From Fibrobacterales bacterium (lineage in GTDB: Bacteria > Fibrobacterota > Fibrobacteria > Fibrobacterales > JAOPTW01), in contig JAOPTX010000106.1 of the NCBI GenBank assembly GCA_051532055.1, forward strand, positions 1 through 10,985: a stretch of DNA of 10,985 nucleotides, given 5' to 3'. Position 1 is the stretch's first letter; each line of letters opens with the position of its first letter. Shown here in pieces: positions 1 through 7,817 of this stretch. The notes beneath the pieces were generated by a model. That model worked only from the letters and a program-made list of their open reading frames with translations, was not told the origin of the DNA and searched no databases. The position numbers were made by a program, and so were the translations under genes.

Positions 1-114
1 AGAGTCGATTTTGGTGTATATGCTGGCGCATTTGAATTTCCTGCTATTGGGTCTGTATTCACAAAAATAGTTGATGGCTGCGGCGTAAACTCATCTCTCA
101 TAAAATCAAAAAAT
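1..114 (-). repeat. Perfect 114-bp inverted copy of 663-776 (probable chimera/assembly artefact at the window edge)
   Basis: Reverse complement of 1-114 (ATTTTTTGATTTTATGAGAG...CCAAAATCGACTCT) equals 663-776 base for base; identity stops at 115/662 and the other end runs off the window edge. Confidence 0.95.
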
Positions 115-1122
115 GCATATAATGTCCAGTTGCACGGCTTGAAAGAAAAAAAGCATCATGTTAGTTTTCCCTCGCTCTCAGACCCTACAGAATTTGTTTT
201 TGGAATAGAGGACCTTCGAAATGGTGAATCTGATGAAGACTATAATGATCTTATTCTGATAATCGATGATATTGATGAATCAACTGTGTGTGATTATCTT
301 AATGATCCTTCATGTTTTAACTGTAGTGAATTGCCATATAATAAAAGTTCACGACTCGCCTTTGAAGATCAATACCCACAGTATGGGGACTTTGATTATA
401 ATGATGTCGTCGTTGATATTGATTATACGGTAGTTGCACAGCAATGTAATGTTTTGGGAGTGCCAATCTATGACGCGAGTTATGGTATTAGGTATGCTCC
501 TCAGTTACTGAATGGATCGGTAGCCGTAACGCCTGTGGCGAATGGTGCGCTGTATCCTCTTGGTTTTGCCGTTGCATTGAAAAGTGACTACGCTAATGCA
601 GTAGTGACTGTTGAAAATTCTTCATCCAGAGTTGTAAGAATAAATGATGAACCGATTATAGAATTTTTTGATTTTATGAGAGATGAGTTTACGCCGCAGC
701 CATCAACTATTTTTGTGAATACAGACCCAATAGCAGGAAATTCAAATGCGCCAGCATATACACCAAAATCGACTCTGAGGGCAAACATACTTTTTAATCA
801 AGGTACCGCAATTCCTGAGAAAAAACTTTCACTATTTAATCCATTTATATTTTTCACAGATAATGTACAGCGTGAAATACATATGAGAAATGGTGTATTG
901 AGTGCACGAGGCATTGCTCAAAATATTGTAGGTTCACCTGCAGAGGGACACCCGTACGAGGATGATAATGGAATTCCCTGGGCTATTGAGATTAATCAGG
1001 CTACACGGTATCCCGTTGAATTTCAAGATTTTCTTGGTGCCTATCCTAATTATTCTAAATGGGCTCTGGATGGTACACATAAAGGTTGGGCTAATAAAGG
1101 GGTTCCAGCCGTATTATATTAG
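115..1122 (+). CDS. LruC-domain (DUF4842-like) protein preceded by a DUF4114-like acidic motif; 5'-truncated
   Basis: Motifs FGIEDLRNGESDEDYNDLILII and LAFEDQYPQYGDFDYNDVVV, then FNPFI...REIH...PWAI...YPVE...AYPNYSKWA, typical of LruC-domain proteins. The frame is open upstream of the TTG at 130 and there is no signal peptide or RBS, so the real N-terminus has been replaced by the inverted segment. Confidence 0.75.
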   Translation, partial: AYNVQLHGLKEKKHHVSFPSLSDPTEFVFGIEDLRNGESDEDYNDLILIIDDIDESTVCDYLNDPSCFNCSELPYNKSSRLAFEDQYPQYGDFDYNDVVVDIDYTVVAQQCNVLGVPIYDASYGIRYAPQLLNGSVAVTPVANGALYPLGFAVALKSDYANAVVTVENSSSRVVRINDEPIIEFFDFMRDEFTPQPSTIFVNTDPIAGNSNAPAYTPKSTLRANILFNQGTAIPEKKLSLFNPFIFFTDNVQREIHMRNGVLSARGIAQNIVGSPAEGHPYEDDNGIPWAIEINQATRYPVEFQDFLGAYPNYSKWALDGTHKGWANKGVPAVLY

Positions 1123-1138
1123 TATTAGAGTGTTAGGA

Positions 1139-1189
1139 GCATCGAGCTGAGTAGTGTTTGAGAGACAGCTTAGTTGATGTTTCAGTTTT
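1139..1189 (+). terminator. Imperfect hairpin with T-rich tail after the LruC gene
   Basis: GCATC-G-AGCTGAG...TGTTT-GAG-AGACA...CTTAGTT-GATGT (1139-1180) pairs using G-U wobbles and is followed by TTCAGTTTT. Confidence 0.4.
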
Positions 1190-1229
1190 CGTTAAATACT
1201 CTATCGGATAGTTCTGCATAAGCTCTCCA

Positions 1230-1310
1230 TGTACTCAATAAGTTCGCAAGTGTAAAAGGTTTTTAGTAATAGGTTGCCCCTAAGCTCGCTCTGTTTTTTG
1301 AATCTATATT
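1230..1310 (+). promoter_or_regulatory. Shared 28-bp motif copy 1 (1230-1257) plus TATATT box (1305-1310) upstream of cotH-1
   Basis: TGTACTCA-ATAA-GTTCGCA-AG-TGTAAAA, 22/28 identical to copy 2. TATATT starts 75 bp after the motif start. SD-like GGGGAG precedes ATG 1339. Confidence 0.7.
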
Positions 1311-1338
1311 TAAATTTCAAATAACACTGGGGGAGCCT

Positions 1339-2994
1339 ATGATACTAAGAAGAATGCAGTCCATATCGATACTATTGAAGCTCGGGATAGTTTCACCTTT
1401 TCTCATGGCGTGTGATACAGCAACAGAGGTTTCTCAGGGTAGTGATAGTTCTTCTTTCTACAGCTCTAATGTGGTTGTGGATAGTGAATTTGAATCAAGT
1501 TTGGTTAGTGTTGAAGCAAATACATCATCAGATGAATCAATTGTTCTTTCTGCAAGTTCAATTTCAAGTCAACCAGCCTCCATAAGCAGTGAATCAAGTG
1601 TCGACCAATCAGGATTGGTGAGTAGTTCAGTAACCACAGAGACTCATGATGACTCTTCTGACGAAGTTCACGAAGAGGGGCACGAAGAAAGTACCTTGTT
1701 GAGATCCGAGAATAGAGAACGAGAGAACATGTCGGGAGAAGTGTTGCTTGCTACGGATGACTGGCGGGATTCCACACGGTTTGTATTCCATCCTGATTCG
1801 CTCTATACTTATGAACTCCTCATTGACGAATCAGATTTGGCTTTTCTCGACATAGAACCACAACGAGAGGAGTATGTACCCGCATCTATAGTATTTCAAG
1901 GCGATACTGTGGATAATGTTTTAGTTCGCTATAAAGGCTCTAAGGGTGCGTGGACTCCTTGTGGTGAAGGCTCAAAATCATGTAACCTGTCTACAAAAGT
2001 TAAGTTTAATACTGATGGCAATAAAGACCGACTTTTTTATGGCCTTAAAAAATTGCAATTTCACTCTATGAATCACAGTCCTTCTCATTTAGCGGAGAAA
2101 TTTGCGTATTGGGGGTATCGGCAAATGGGTTTGGCTGCATCACGGACTGCCTATGCGCGTCTTATTGTAAATGGAACGTTACAAGGGCTCTTCTTGGTCG
2201 TAGAACAAATTGATGGACGGTTCACTCGGTATCATCTTAATGATTCTAAAGGGAATGTATATAAGCATTATTGGCCACTTAAAGATAGTAGTGCGAGTAC
2301 TGCTGATTCTCTCACTGCACATCTTGAGACTAATGAAGAAGAAGCTGATCACACCGTTGTAACGGCATTTGAAAATGACCTTATTGGTGCAGGCATGGGC
2401 AAAAATGATTTGGCGGCAGTTCTCAAGAAGTGGAATATGGCCGAGATGATTGCACGACAGGTTGTTACTGCAAATGCGGTCTATGATTGGGATGGCCCGT
2501 ATATGGGGGCATGGGATAGTGGTCATAATACCTATTGGGCAGTATTACCTGAAACTGAAAAAATAATCATGATACCATGGGATATGGATATGCCTGAATT
2601 TCCTAATTATATGATTGGTTTGGTGACTCAGTATACTCTATGGAATGGGAAAGGGGGGTATCCGGGCTGTCCGGATAAAACAACATCGCTCTTTTCTAAA
2701 TCCTGGTTTTGTTTTCCCGAAGAGTATGAAAAAGCATTTGTGGATTTAGAAAATAAAGTATTGAATAAAAGAGATCAAATGCTCACGGAGTGGTCTGACC
2801 AGATTCGTCCGGTTATGGAAGACATTGCAGAGACGTTAAAAACAGGAACTTCTGAGACCTATCCAGCCTCGACAGGATATCCTCGCTACGCCCAGAAGAT
2901 ACGTCATTGGGAAGATGCTATTGATCGGTATACTGAGATACTTGATGAACGAGAGCACGATATCAATACAATGAAAAAGTCATTAGGGCTGTAG
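1339..2994 (+). CDS. CotH kinase family lipoprotein (paralogue 1)
   Basis: Lipobox LMAC, Ser-rich then His/Asp/Glu-rich linker, and CotH motifs VRYKG, STKVKFN, FYGLKKLQF, LAEK, ARLIVNG..GLF.VVEQID, GNVYK, DWD, HNTY, IPWDMD. Confidence 0.88.
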   Translation: MILRRMQSISILLKLGIVSPFLMACDTATEVSQGSDSSSFYSSNVVVDSEFESSLVSVEANTSSDESIVLSASSISSQPASISSESSVDQSGLVSSSVTTETHDDSSDEVHEEGHEESTLLRSENRERENMSGEVLLATDDWRDSTRFVFHPDSLYTYELLIDESDLAFLDIEPQREEYVPASIVFQGDTVDNVLVRYKGSKGAWTPCGEGSKSCNLSTKVKFNTDGNKDRLFYGLKKLQFHSMNHSPSHLAEKFAYWGYRQMGLAASRTAYARLIVNGTLQGLFLVVEQIDGRFTRYHLNDSKGNVYKHYWPLKDSSASTADSLTAHLETNEEEADHTVVTAFENDLIGAGMGKNDLAAVLKKWNMAEMIARQVVTANAVYDWDGPYMGAWDSGHNTYWAVLPETEKIIMIPWDMDMPEFPNYMIGLVTQYTLWNGKGGYPGCPDKTTSLFSKSWFCFPEEYEKAFVDLENKVLNKRDQMLTEWSDQIRPVMEDIAETLKTGTSETYPASTGYPRYAQKIRHWEDAIDRYTEILDEREHDINTMKKSLGL

Positions 2995-3115
2995 GGACCA
3001 CGTCATTTTCAAATAACGCATTGATACTGTATGAGTTATTAGAGAATTTAAAGCTTATATATGCAGTATCTAACGAATTCTTTGAAAAAGGGGAACTGGT
3101 TGGTATACGGTAGGA

Positions 3116-3230
3116 TATTTGTACTCAATAATTTTGATTAAAATAGGGTGTATTTGTACTCATATCGTTCGCACATGTAAAATAACGTCAAAAAAGTGCA
3201 GTATATGTATTCATAAATTTGATTAATATA
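3116..3230 (+). repeat. Imperfect direct repeats upstream of the TIGR02147 gene
   Basis: TATTTGTACTCA exact at 3116-3127 and 3151-3162; TATATGTATTCA at 3202-3213. Copies 1 and 3 continue as ATAATTTTGATTAA and ATAAATTTGATTAA. Confidence 0.6.
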
Positions 3231-3234
3231 TATT
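3155..3234 (+). promoter_or_regulatory. Shared 28-bp motif copy 2 (3155-3182) plus TATATT box (3229-3234) upstream of the TIGR02147 operon
   Basis: TGTACTCA-TATC-GTTCGCA-CA-TGTAAAA. TATATT starts 74 bp after the motif start. SD-like TGAGG precedes ATG 3259. Confidence 0.7.
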
Positions 3235-3258
3235 ACAGTCAGACATCTGAGGCCTACT

Positions 3259-4074
3259 ATGAATATTTTTGGTTACTACAATTATCGGACCTATCTCAAA
3301 GATTATTATGAATATAAGAAATCACGAGATCGCCATTTTACCTATCGTAAATTTGCTGAGAGTGCAGGGATTAAATCACCGAGCTTGTATGTGGACATGA
3401 TTAATGGTCGAAGAAACATTACACCGGCTTTGTTACCCAAGTTTTCAATTGCGCTCGGGTTAAATGAAAAAGAATCGCAATATCTTATGCAGATGATGCA
3501 TTTTACTCATGCAAAATCTCAAGAAGCAAAAGAAGAAACGTTCAATAAAATGGCTAAAATGCTACCGAGTACCGCAAGAAAGCTTAGTAAAGATCAGCGA
3601 GCGTATTATGAACATTGGTATATCTCGGCAATACGTGAGGCCCTTGCAGTTATAAGTATCGCTGATGACTTTCAAGATCTTGCTCTATTTCTTACTCCGC
3701 GAGTCTCGCTTCCCAAAGTGAAAAGTGCAATGCAGTTGTTAATAGATCTTGATATCATTGAAAAACAGAATGGTTTTTGGCGCTCAAAAAATGGTAGTAT
3801 TAATGGTGACCACATTGATATTTTTACGATGCATGATGTACAAAAACAATTTATGGATTTAGGTAAAGCGAGTCTTGATGTTTTTACTCAAGAAAAAAGA
3901 AATGTATCGGCACTTTCTATGAGCATTTCTGAAGAAGGGGTACAACGTTTAATCCATAAAATTGATGTATTTAGAAAAGAAGCAATTGAAATTGTACGAG
4001 CTGATACTAATGAAAATCAGGTGTATCATTTAAATGTGCAATTTTTCCCGATATCTAAGGAGGCAGAACGGTGA
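3259..4074 (+). CDS. TIGR02147 family protein (N-terminal HTH, C-terminal DUF4423); putative DNA-binding regulator
   Basis: 271 aa, starting MNIFGYYNYRTYLKDYY..KK....FTYRKFAESAGIKSPS....INGRRNI, with YYEHWYISAIRE, RNVSALSMSIS and terminal VYHLNVQFFP; characteristic of this family, which is expanded in Fibrobacter and Bdellovibrio. Confidence 0.9.
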   Translation: MNIFGYYNYRTYLKDYYEYKKSRDRHFTYRKFAESAGIKSPSLYVDMINGRRNITPALLPKFSIALGLNEKESQYLMQMMHFTHAKSQEAKEETFNKMAKMLPSTARKLSKDQRAYYEHWYISAIREALAVISIADDFQDLALFLTPRVSLPKVKSAMQLLIDLDIIEKQNGFWRSKNGSINGDHIDIFTMHDVQKQFMDLGKASLDVFTQEKRNVSALSMSISEEGVQRLIHKIDVFRKEAIEIVRADTNENQVYHLNVQFFPISKEAER

Positions 4075-5420
4075 TTAGATTTATTACATTGATATTGGCT
4101 GTGCTTGTTATAAGTGCGTGTAGTGTTGTTGAGCAAGCAGGTACAACAACTGAATACCCTAATACTATAGCAGGAACCGTTGTCGATTCACTCGGGGGGC
4201 CGGTAGACGGAGCACGAGTATATATGGTAGAACAGTATGGGTGGAGTGATAAGGTGGCGGCAAAAAAATCACCGGTAATTACAACTACTACTACTGATAA
4301 GTCAGGTTCATTTGCTTTTGAGAGAAATGAAAAGAGTGCAGTAAGTATGGAGGTAGTATACGACTCATTAATACAGCAAGTCTTTGATGTACAGGGTGAT
4401 CAAGATAGTATCATGCTCGATACATTAACGTTGGTTTCAAAAAAATGGTTTAAAGGAGTGGTTGTCGATTCGTCCTATTTTAATAGGAAATTATTTATTG
4501 AGTCGACACGTCATTCCGTTGTGGTAGATGGTAAAGGCGCCTTTCTTTTTCGGGGATTGTTAGAGCATGAGTATCGTTTTTTTATCCGCGATACCATAGC
4601 TGGAACTGCTGTGAACATTTCAGATTCTATGGTAACCATTTCGGCAACAACGACCCCTTTTGAAGATTTTAAACTCAAAGATGTTCCTGATGTTACCGTA
4701 AGAAAGATTGATAGTATACCGAGCTCAGATGTTAACAAGGATACGACTGATATAATAGATACTACAGACTCTCAAGATTCGACGGTACACGATAGTACAT
4801 CGGACACCACCTCAACTCCTAATGATTCGGTGTTGAGTTTTGATAACTTTAATGATGGTAATTGGATGGGAAGTGTTGGTGATGAAACCTTTAGTTGGTA
4901 TTTTAGAATAGCATCGTATACATGGCTAAAATATAATGACGCTCAATCAATGATGGGTGAACAGTTCGACAATCGATTTAAAATTAATGCCTCCTCAGGT
5001 GTGGATGGTTATGGATTAAAGATTAAGAATTTTTATGATACGGGAGACTCTATTGCGACATGGGAGCGGAGTGGCGTAATGGCTGTGTTTGATGATAGGT
5101 CAATAAATATTTCTCAGTATTCAAAAATTCGAATTTCTATTAAAGGAACAGGTGCATTGAACATTAATATGTTTTTTCATAAGCTCATTACTCCTGATGA
5201 GTATGAAAATTTCTTTCTCTCTTCAGAGCCAATTCAAGCAGAAGCTGATTGGAAAGAGATTACGCTTAACCTTAATGATTTTTGGTATGTAAATTTTGAT
5301 GCTGAAAGAGATGGCCCAAAGCAAGAAATAAATAAACTTCTCAAAAGAGTACGGCTTATTGGTTTTACCGTTGAGGGGCAGAAATTGATAAGAATAGATT
5401 CAATCGAATTTATACGATAG
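4071..5420 (+). CDS. Lipoprotein with carboxypeptidase-regulatory-like Ig domain(s), Thr/Asp/Ser linker and C-terminal galactose-binding-like (CBM11/CIA30-like) domain
   Basis: GTG start overlaps the upstream TGA (GTGA 4071-4074) after AAGGAGG. Lipobox ISAC, AGTTTEYPN, IAGTVVDSLGGPVDGARV...TTTDKSGSFAF, linker DTTDSQDSTVHDSTSDTT, then FDNFNDG...INISQYSKIRISIKGTG...WKEITLNLNDF...IRIDSIEF. Confidence 0.7.
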   Translation: MIRFITLILAVLVISACSVVEQAGTTTEYPNTIAGTVVDSLGGPVDGARVYMVEQYGWSDKVAAKKSPVITTTTTDKSGSFAFERNEKSAVSMEVVYDSLIQQVFDVQGDQDSIMLDTLTLVSKKWFKGVVVDSSYFNRKLFIESTRHSVVVDGKGAFLFRGLLEHEYRFFIRDTIAGTAVNISDSMVTISATTTPFEDFKLKDVPDVTVRKIDSIPSSDVNKDTTDIIDTTDSQDSTVHDSTSDTTSTPNDSVLSFDNFNDGNWMGSVGDETFSWYFRIASYTWLKYNDAQSMMGEQFDNRFKINASSGVDGYGLKIKNFYDTGDSIATWERSGVMAVFDDRSINISQYSKIRISIKGTGALNINMFFHKLITPDEYENFFLSSEPIQAEADWKEITLNLNDFWYVNFDAERDGPKQEINKLLKRVRLIGFTVEGQKLIRIDSIEFIR

Positions 5421-5559
5421 AGCGAGCGTGTAGGCGCTCATTCAATGGCACTTAGGGGTATTTGCCAAACCAGATCATAATTCTTTCATATCTACGGGGT
5501 GCGAACTTTGTGGAGGTGAGAGCGTTATGTTCTTATATAGAAAAATAGAGAAGGTGTGT

Positions 5560-7464
5560 ATGAAGGTATGTATTGGTGGGCTTGGGCTGTTGTGGCTCTT
5601 ATTGGGATGCTTTAATGATTCGGTTACTGTGCAGGCTGTTGATAATCCAGGTCGTCTGAGTAGTGCAGAAATCGGTAGTGCTGATACCATACCCAAAAGC
5701 AGTCAATCTGAATTGGTATCGTCACATACGGTACATCTACCTATGTCATCATCTACAGAGTTTGGTGATGAAAAAGTAATTGATGACTATGGACCCGTTC
5801 CAGTAGATTTCACAAACTCTGACGGTGTTATCGCTATTGATCTTTCGATTAAGCCAGTACAGCATACTGAGCCATTTTCTGGGTTTGAGGGTAACAGAGG
5901 GACTGATGGAGATCCCCATCGCTACTGGTCCTCGGATATTGAAAACCTGTTGCCCTGGTATCAAGTCGACTTACAAGGAATGTATAGGCTTTCGTCAGTT
6001 GCTCTTACCGCGCGGCAAGATAAATCAAAACCATCATATCGTACTAATGTCGCACTTTGGGTGTCTAATGACCCCACCTTTATAGAATACGAAGAAATTG
6101 GGGTGATTGTTGCTGACGATCCTGATAAAAATCTAACCTATCCACAGGCAGGAGTGTGGGAAGTATCTGTACAATTTCCTGAAAGTTATCGCTATGTACG
6201 TGTCCAAAGAATACATGATGCGGGACACTTTAATTTTGGCGAGTTATCAGTTGTAGGAGAGCTCACTGGCAATGTACTTATCGCGCAGGCAGGGCCCACA
6301 ATAAAAGTAGTTGATACTGATAATAATGGAAGGGAAAAAGTGGAACTCAATGCCGAAGCATCGTTACCGGGGAACTATTCAATAGCTAGTTATCGTTGGG
6401 AGTTAAAAGATTCGGTGATATCAAATTCTAGTACTCATATGCAGGTGTTTCCTGTGGGAAAACATAAAGTAGTACTGACGATAACAGACGAGCTCGGAGA
6501 CAAGGCGGTAGATACACTTGTAGTAATTGTTAAAAAGGGAGATATTTTTGATTCTACAACCCCTTTTACTCCCATAGATCCATGGGAGCTTTCTAAAAAG
6601 GCTGGGAGGGGTATCAATATGGGGAATACGCTTGAAGCAAAAAATGGCGAAGGCTCGTGGGCACCTGCGGCTAAGGAGTACTATTTTGATGATTATCAAC
6701 AAAATGGTTTTACAAATGTGCGGATACCAATTCATTGGGGAATACGTATAGACAATGCGGGTAATGTGGATCAAAAATTTCTTAATCGAGTAGAGGAGGT
6801 TGTGGACTGGTCACTGTCTCGTGGGTTGGTAACTATAATTAATACGCATCATGAAGAGTGGGCGATTAATAACTATAGTGGAAGTAAAGCCAAACTCATT
6901 CGAATATGGGAACAGGTTGCTGAACGGTTTAAAGATAAGCCAAACCTTTTAGTGTTTGAATTATTTAATGAACCTCGTGCACCAATGACCGACAGTGATG
7001 TGAGTGATTTAAATACGATACTATTAAAAACAGTTCGGAAAACAAATCCAAAACGAGTATGTATTGTAACTGGTGGCAATTGGGGTAACTGGCGTGATCT
7101 GAAAAATGTGAGTTGGCCTGATGATCCTTACCTTTGGGCGTCGTTTCACTACTATGAACCTTTTAATTTTACCCATGAGAGTGATTATGAGTGGTCTAAT
7201 TTTGGATCACTTTGGGAGGAAATGGATGATATATTTAGTTGGTTAAAAAATACGAAAGGAATACCAGGATTTGTTGGTGAGTTTGGAGTCAATCATGGTA
7301 AGATGGCAAAGGATTGGGGGTCGGTTTTAAAGTATTATGCAACAGCGACTGAGGCGATTAATAAATGGGAAGGTGCCTATTCCGTGTGGGATGACTCTGG
7401 GTGGTATAAAGTGTACGATCGAAATAAACGTACGTTTAATGAAATTGAAGAGCAGTTACAATAA
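5560..7464 (+). CDS. GH5 endoglycanase (cellulase family) lipoprotein with F5/8-type/F-lectin-like and PKD domains
   Basis: Preferred start is ATG 5560 (MKVCIGGLGLLWLLLGC lipobox, AGAAGG upstream); the ORF track starts at 5527. PWYQVDL...YRYVRV discoidin fold; AQAGP...IASYRW...GKHKVVLTITD PKD domain; GH5 motifs RGINMGNTLEA, VRIPIHW, INTHHE, FELFNEP (acid/base Glu 6970-6972), FHYYEPFNFTH, VGEFG (nucleophile Glu 7279-7281). Confidence 0.92.
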   Translation: MKVCIGGLGLLWLLLGCFNDSVTVQAVDNPGRLSSAEIGSADTIPKSSQSELVSSHTVHLPMSSSTEFGDEKVIDDYGPVPVDFTNSDGVIAIDLSIKPVQHTEPFSGFEGNRGTDGDPHRYWSSDIENLLPWYQVDLQGMYRLSSVALTARQDKSKPSYRTNVALWVSNDPTFIEYEEIGVIVADDPDKNLTYPQAGVWEVSVQFPESYRYVRVQRIHDAGHFNFGELSVVGELTGNVLIAQAGPTIKVVDTDNNGREKVELNAEASLPGNYSIASYRWELKDSVISNSSTHMQVFPVGKHKVVLTITDELGDKAVDTLVVIVKKGDIFDSTTPFTPIDPWELSKKAGRGINMGNTLEAKNGEGSWAPAAKEYYFDDYQQNGFTNVRIPIHWGIRIDNAGNVDQKFLNRVEEVVDWSLSRGLVTIINTHHEEWAINNYSGSKAKLIRIWEQVAERFKDKPNLLVFELFNEPRAPMTDSDVSDLNTILLKTVRKTNPKRVCIVTGGNWGNWRDLKNVSWPDDPYLWASFHYYEPFNFTHESDYEWSNFGSLWEEMDDIFSWLKNTKGIPGFVGEFGVNHGKMAKDWGSVLKYYATATEAINKWEGAYSVWDDSGWYKVYDRNKRTFNEIEEQLQ

Positions 7465-7500
7465 AATTAAAATATAGAATGTGATATGAACTTTGGGATG

Positions 7501-7582
7501 AGTACGCGTTCTGTTCGCATGAGTAAACTAAGTTAAATTTAAATGATGTGTTAAAAATATGTATTTAAAAATTGTATCTTTG
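7501..7582 (+). promoter_or_regulatory. Shared 28-bp motif copy 3 (7501-7528) plus TATCTTTG box (7575-7582) upstream of a structured region with no long ORF
   Basis: AGTACGCG-TTCT-GTTCGCA-TG-AGTAAAC, 18/28 identical to copy 2. TATCTT starts 74 bp after the motif start. TATCTTTG also fits the Bacteroidota TAnnTTTG promoter element. Confidence 0.6.
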
Positions 7583-7817
7583 TTTTCAGTGATGGATCAA
7601 AGTTCTCGTCGAATGAGTTTTACATTACATAAATAGATTTACTGAATCAGCAATCCCAGAAGGCACTATACCCTCAGTGCCAGAGATTCCTGTACTACTC
7701 TAGAAAGCCCTTTCAAAGAGTAGTATGGGAATTCTTTTTACAAAATCACGATTGTAGAGATGTGGGAATACGATGTGTGTCCCTGAAGGTAATGTATGTT
7801 AGTATAGAGGGGTATCT

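Noticed and set aside
588..788. 66-aa minus-strand ORF whose peptide also appears in frame +1 at 1-114
   Set aside because: Antisense shadow of the LruC gene; the duplication is explained by the inverted copy.
1231..1245. GTAC-N7-GTTC resembles the alphaproteobacterial LexA box GTTC-N7-GTTC
   Set aside because: Conservation extends well beyond that box, the downstream genes are not DNA-repair genes, the site lies far upstream of the promoter box, and the organism does not look alphaproteobacterial.
3116..3230. Repeats considered as a CRISPR mini-array
   Set aside because: Repeats are short and degenerate, spacing is irregular (35 and 51 bp), and there are no cas genes.
5424..5467. Two small hairpins (GAGCGT-GTAG-GCGCTC; TGGCA...TGCCA) and a TGGCAC...TTGC sigma54-like pattern
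   Set aside because: Hairpins are short and lack U-tracts; the TGGCAC-TTGC spacing is 10 nt instead of the required 5.
5500..5517. TGCGAAC (reverse complement of the motif core GTTCGCA) upstream of the GH5 gene
   Set aside because: Opposite orientation, flanking blocks match poorly, and there is no TAT(A/C)TT box at the expected distance. The same 7-mer also occurs inside a CDS at 10171.
5527..5559. Longer GH5 start at 5527
   Set aside because: ATG 5560 gives a more canonical signal peptide II and has its own SD-like sequence; 5527 (GGAGG upstream) cannot be fully excluded.
7592..7636. 14-codon ORF MDQSSRRMSFTLHK right after the putative TSS
   Set aside because: No SD and no informative composition; leaderless translation is possible but unsupported.
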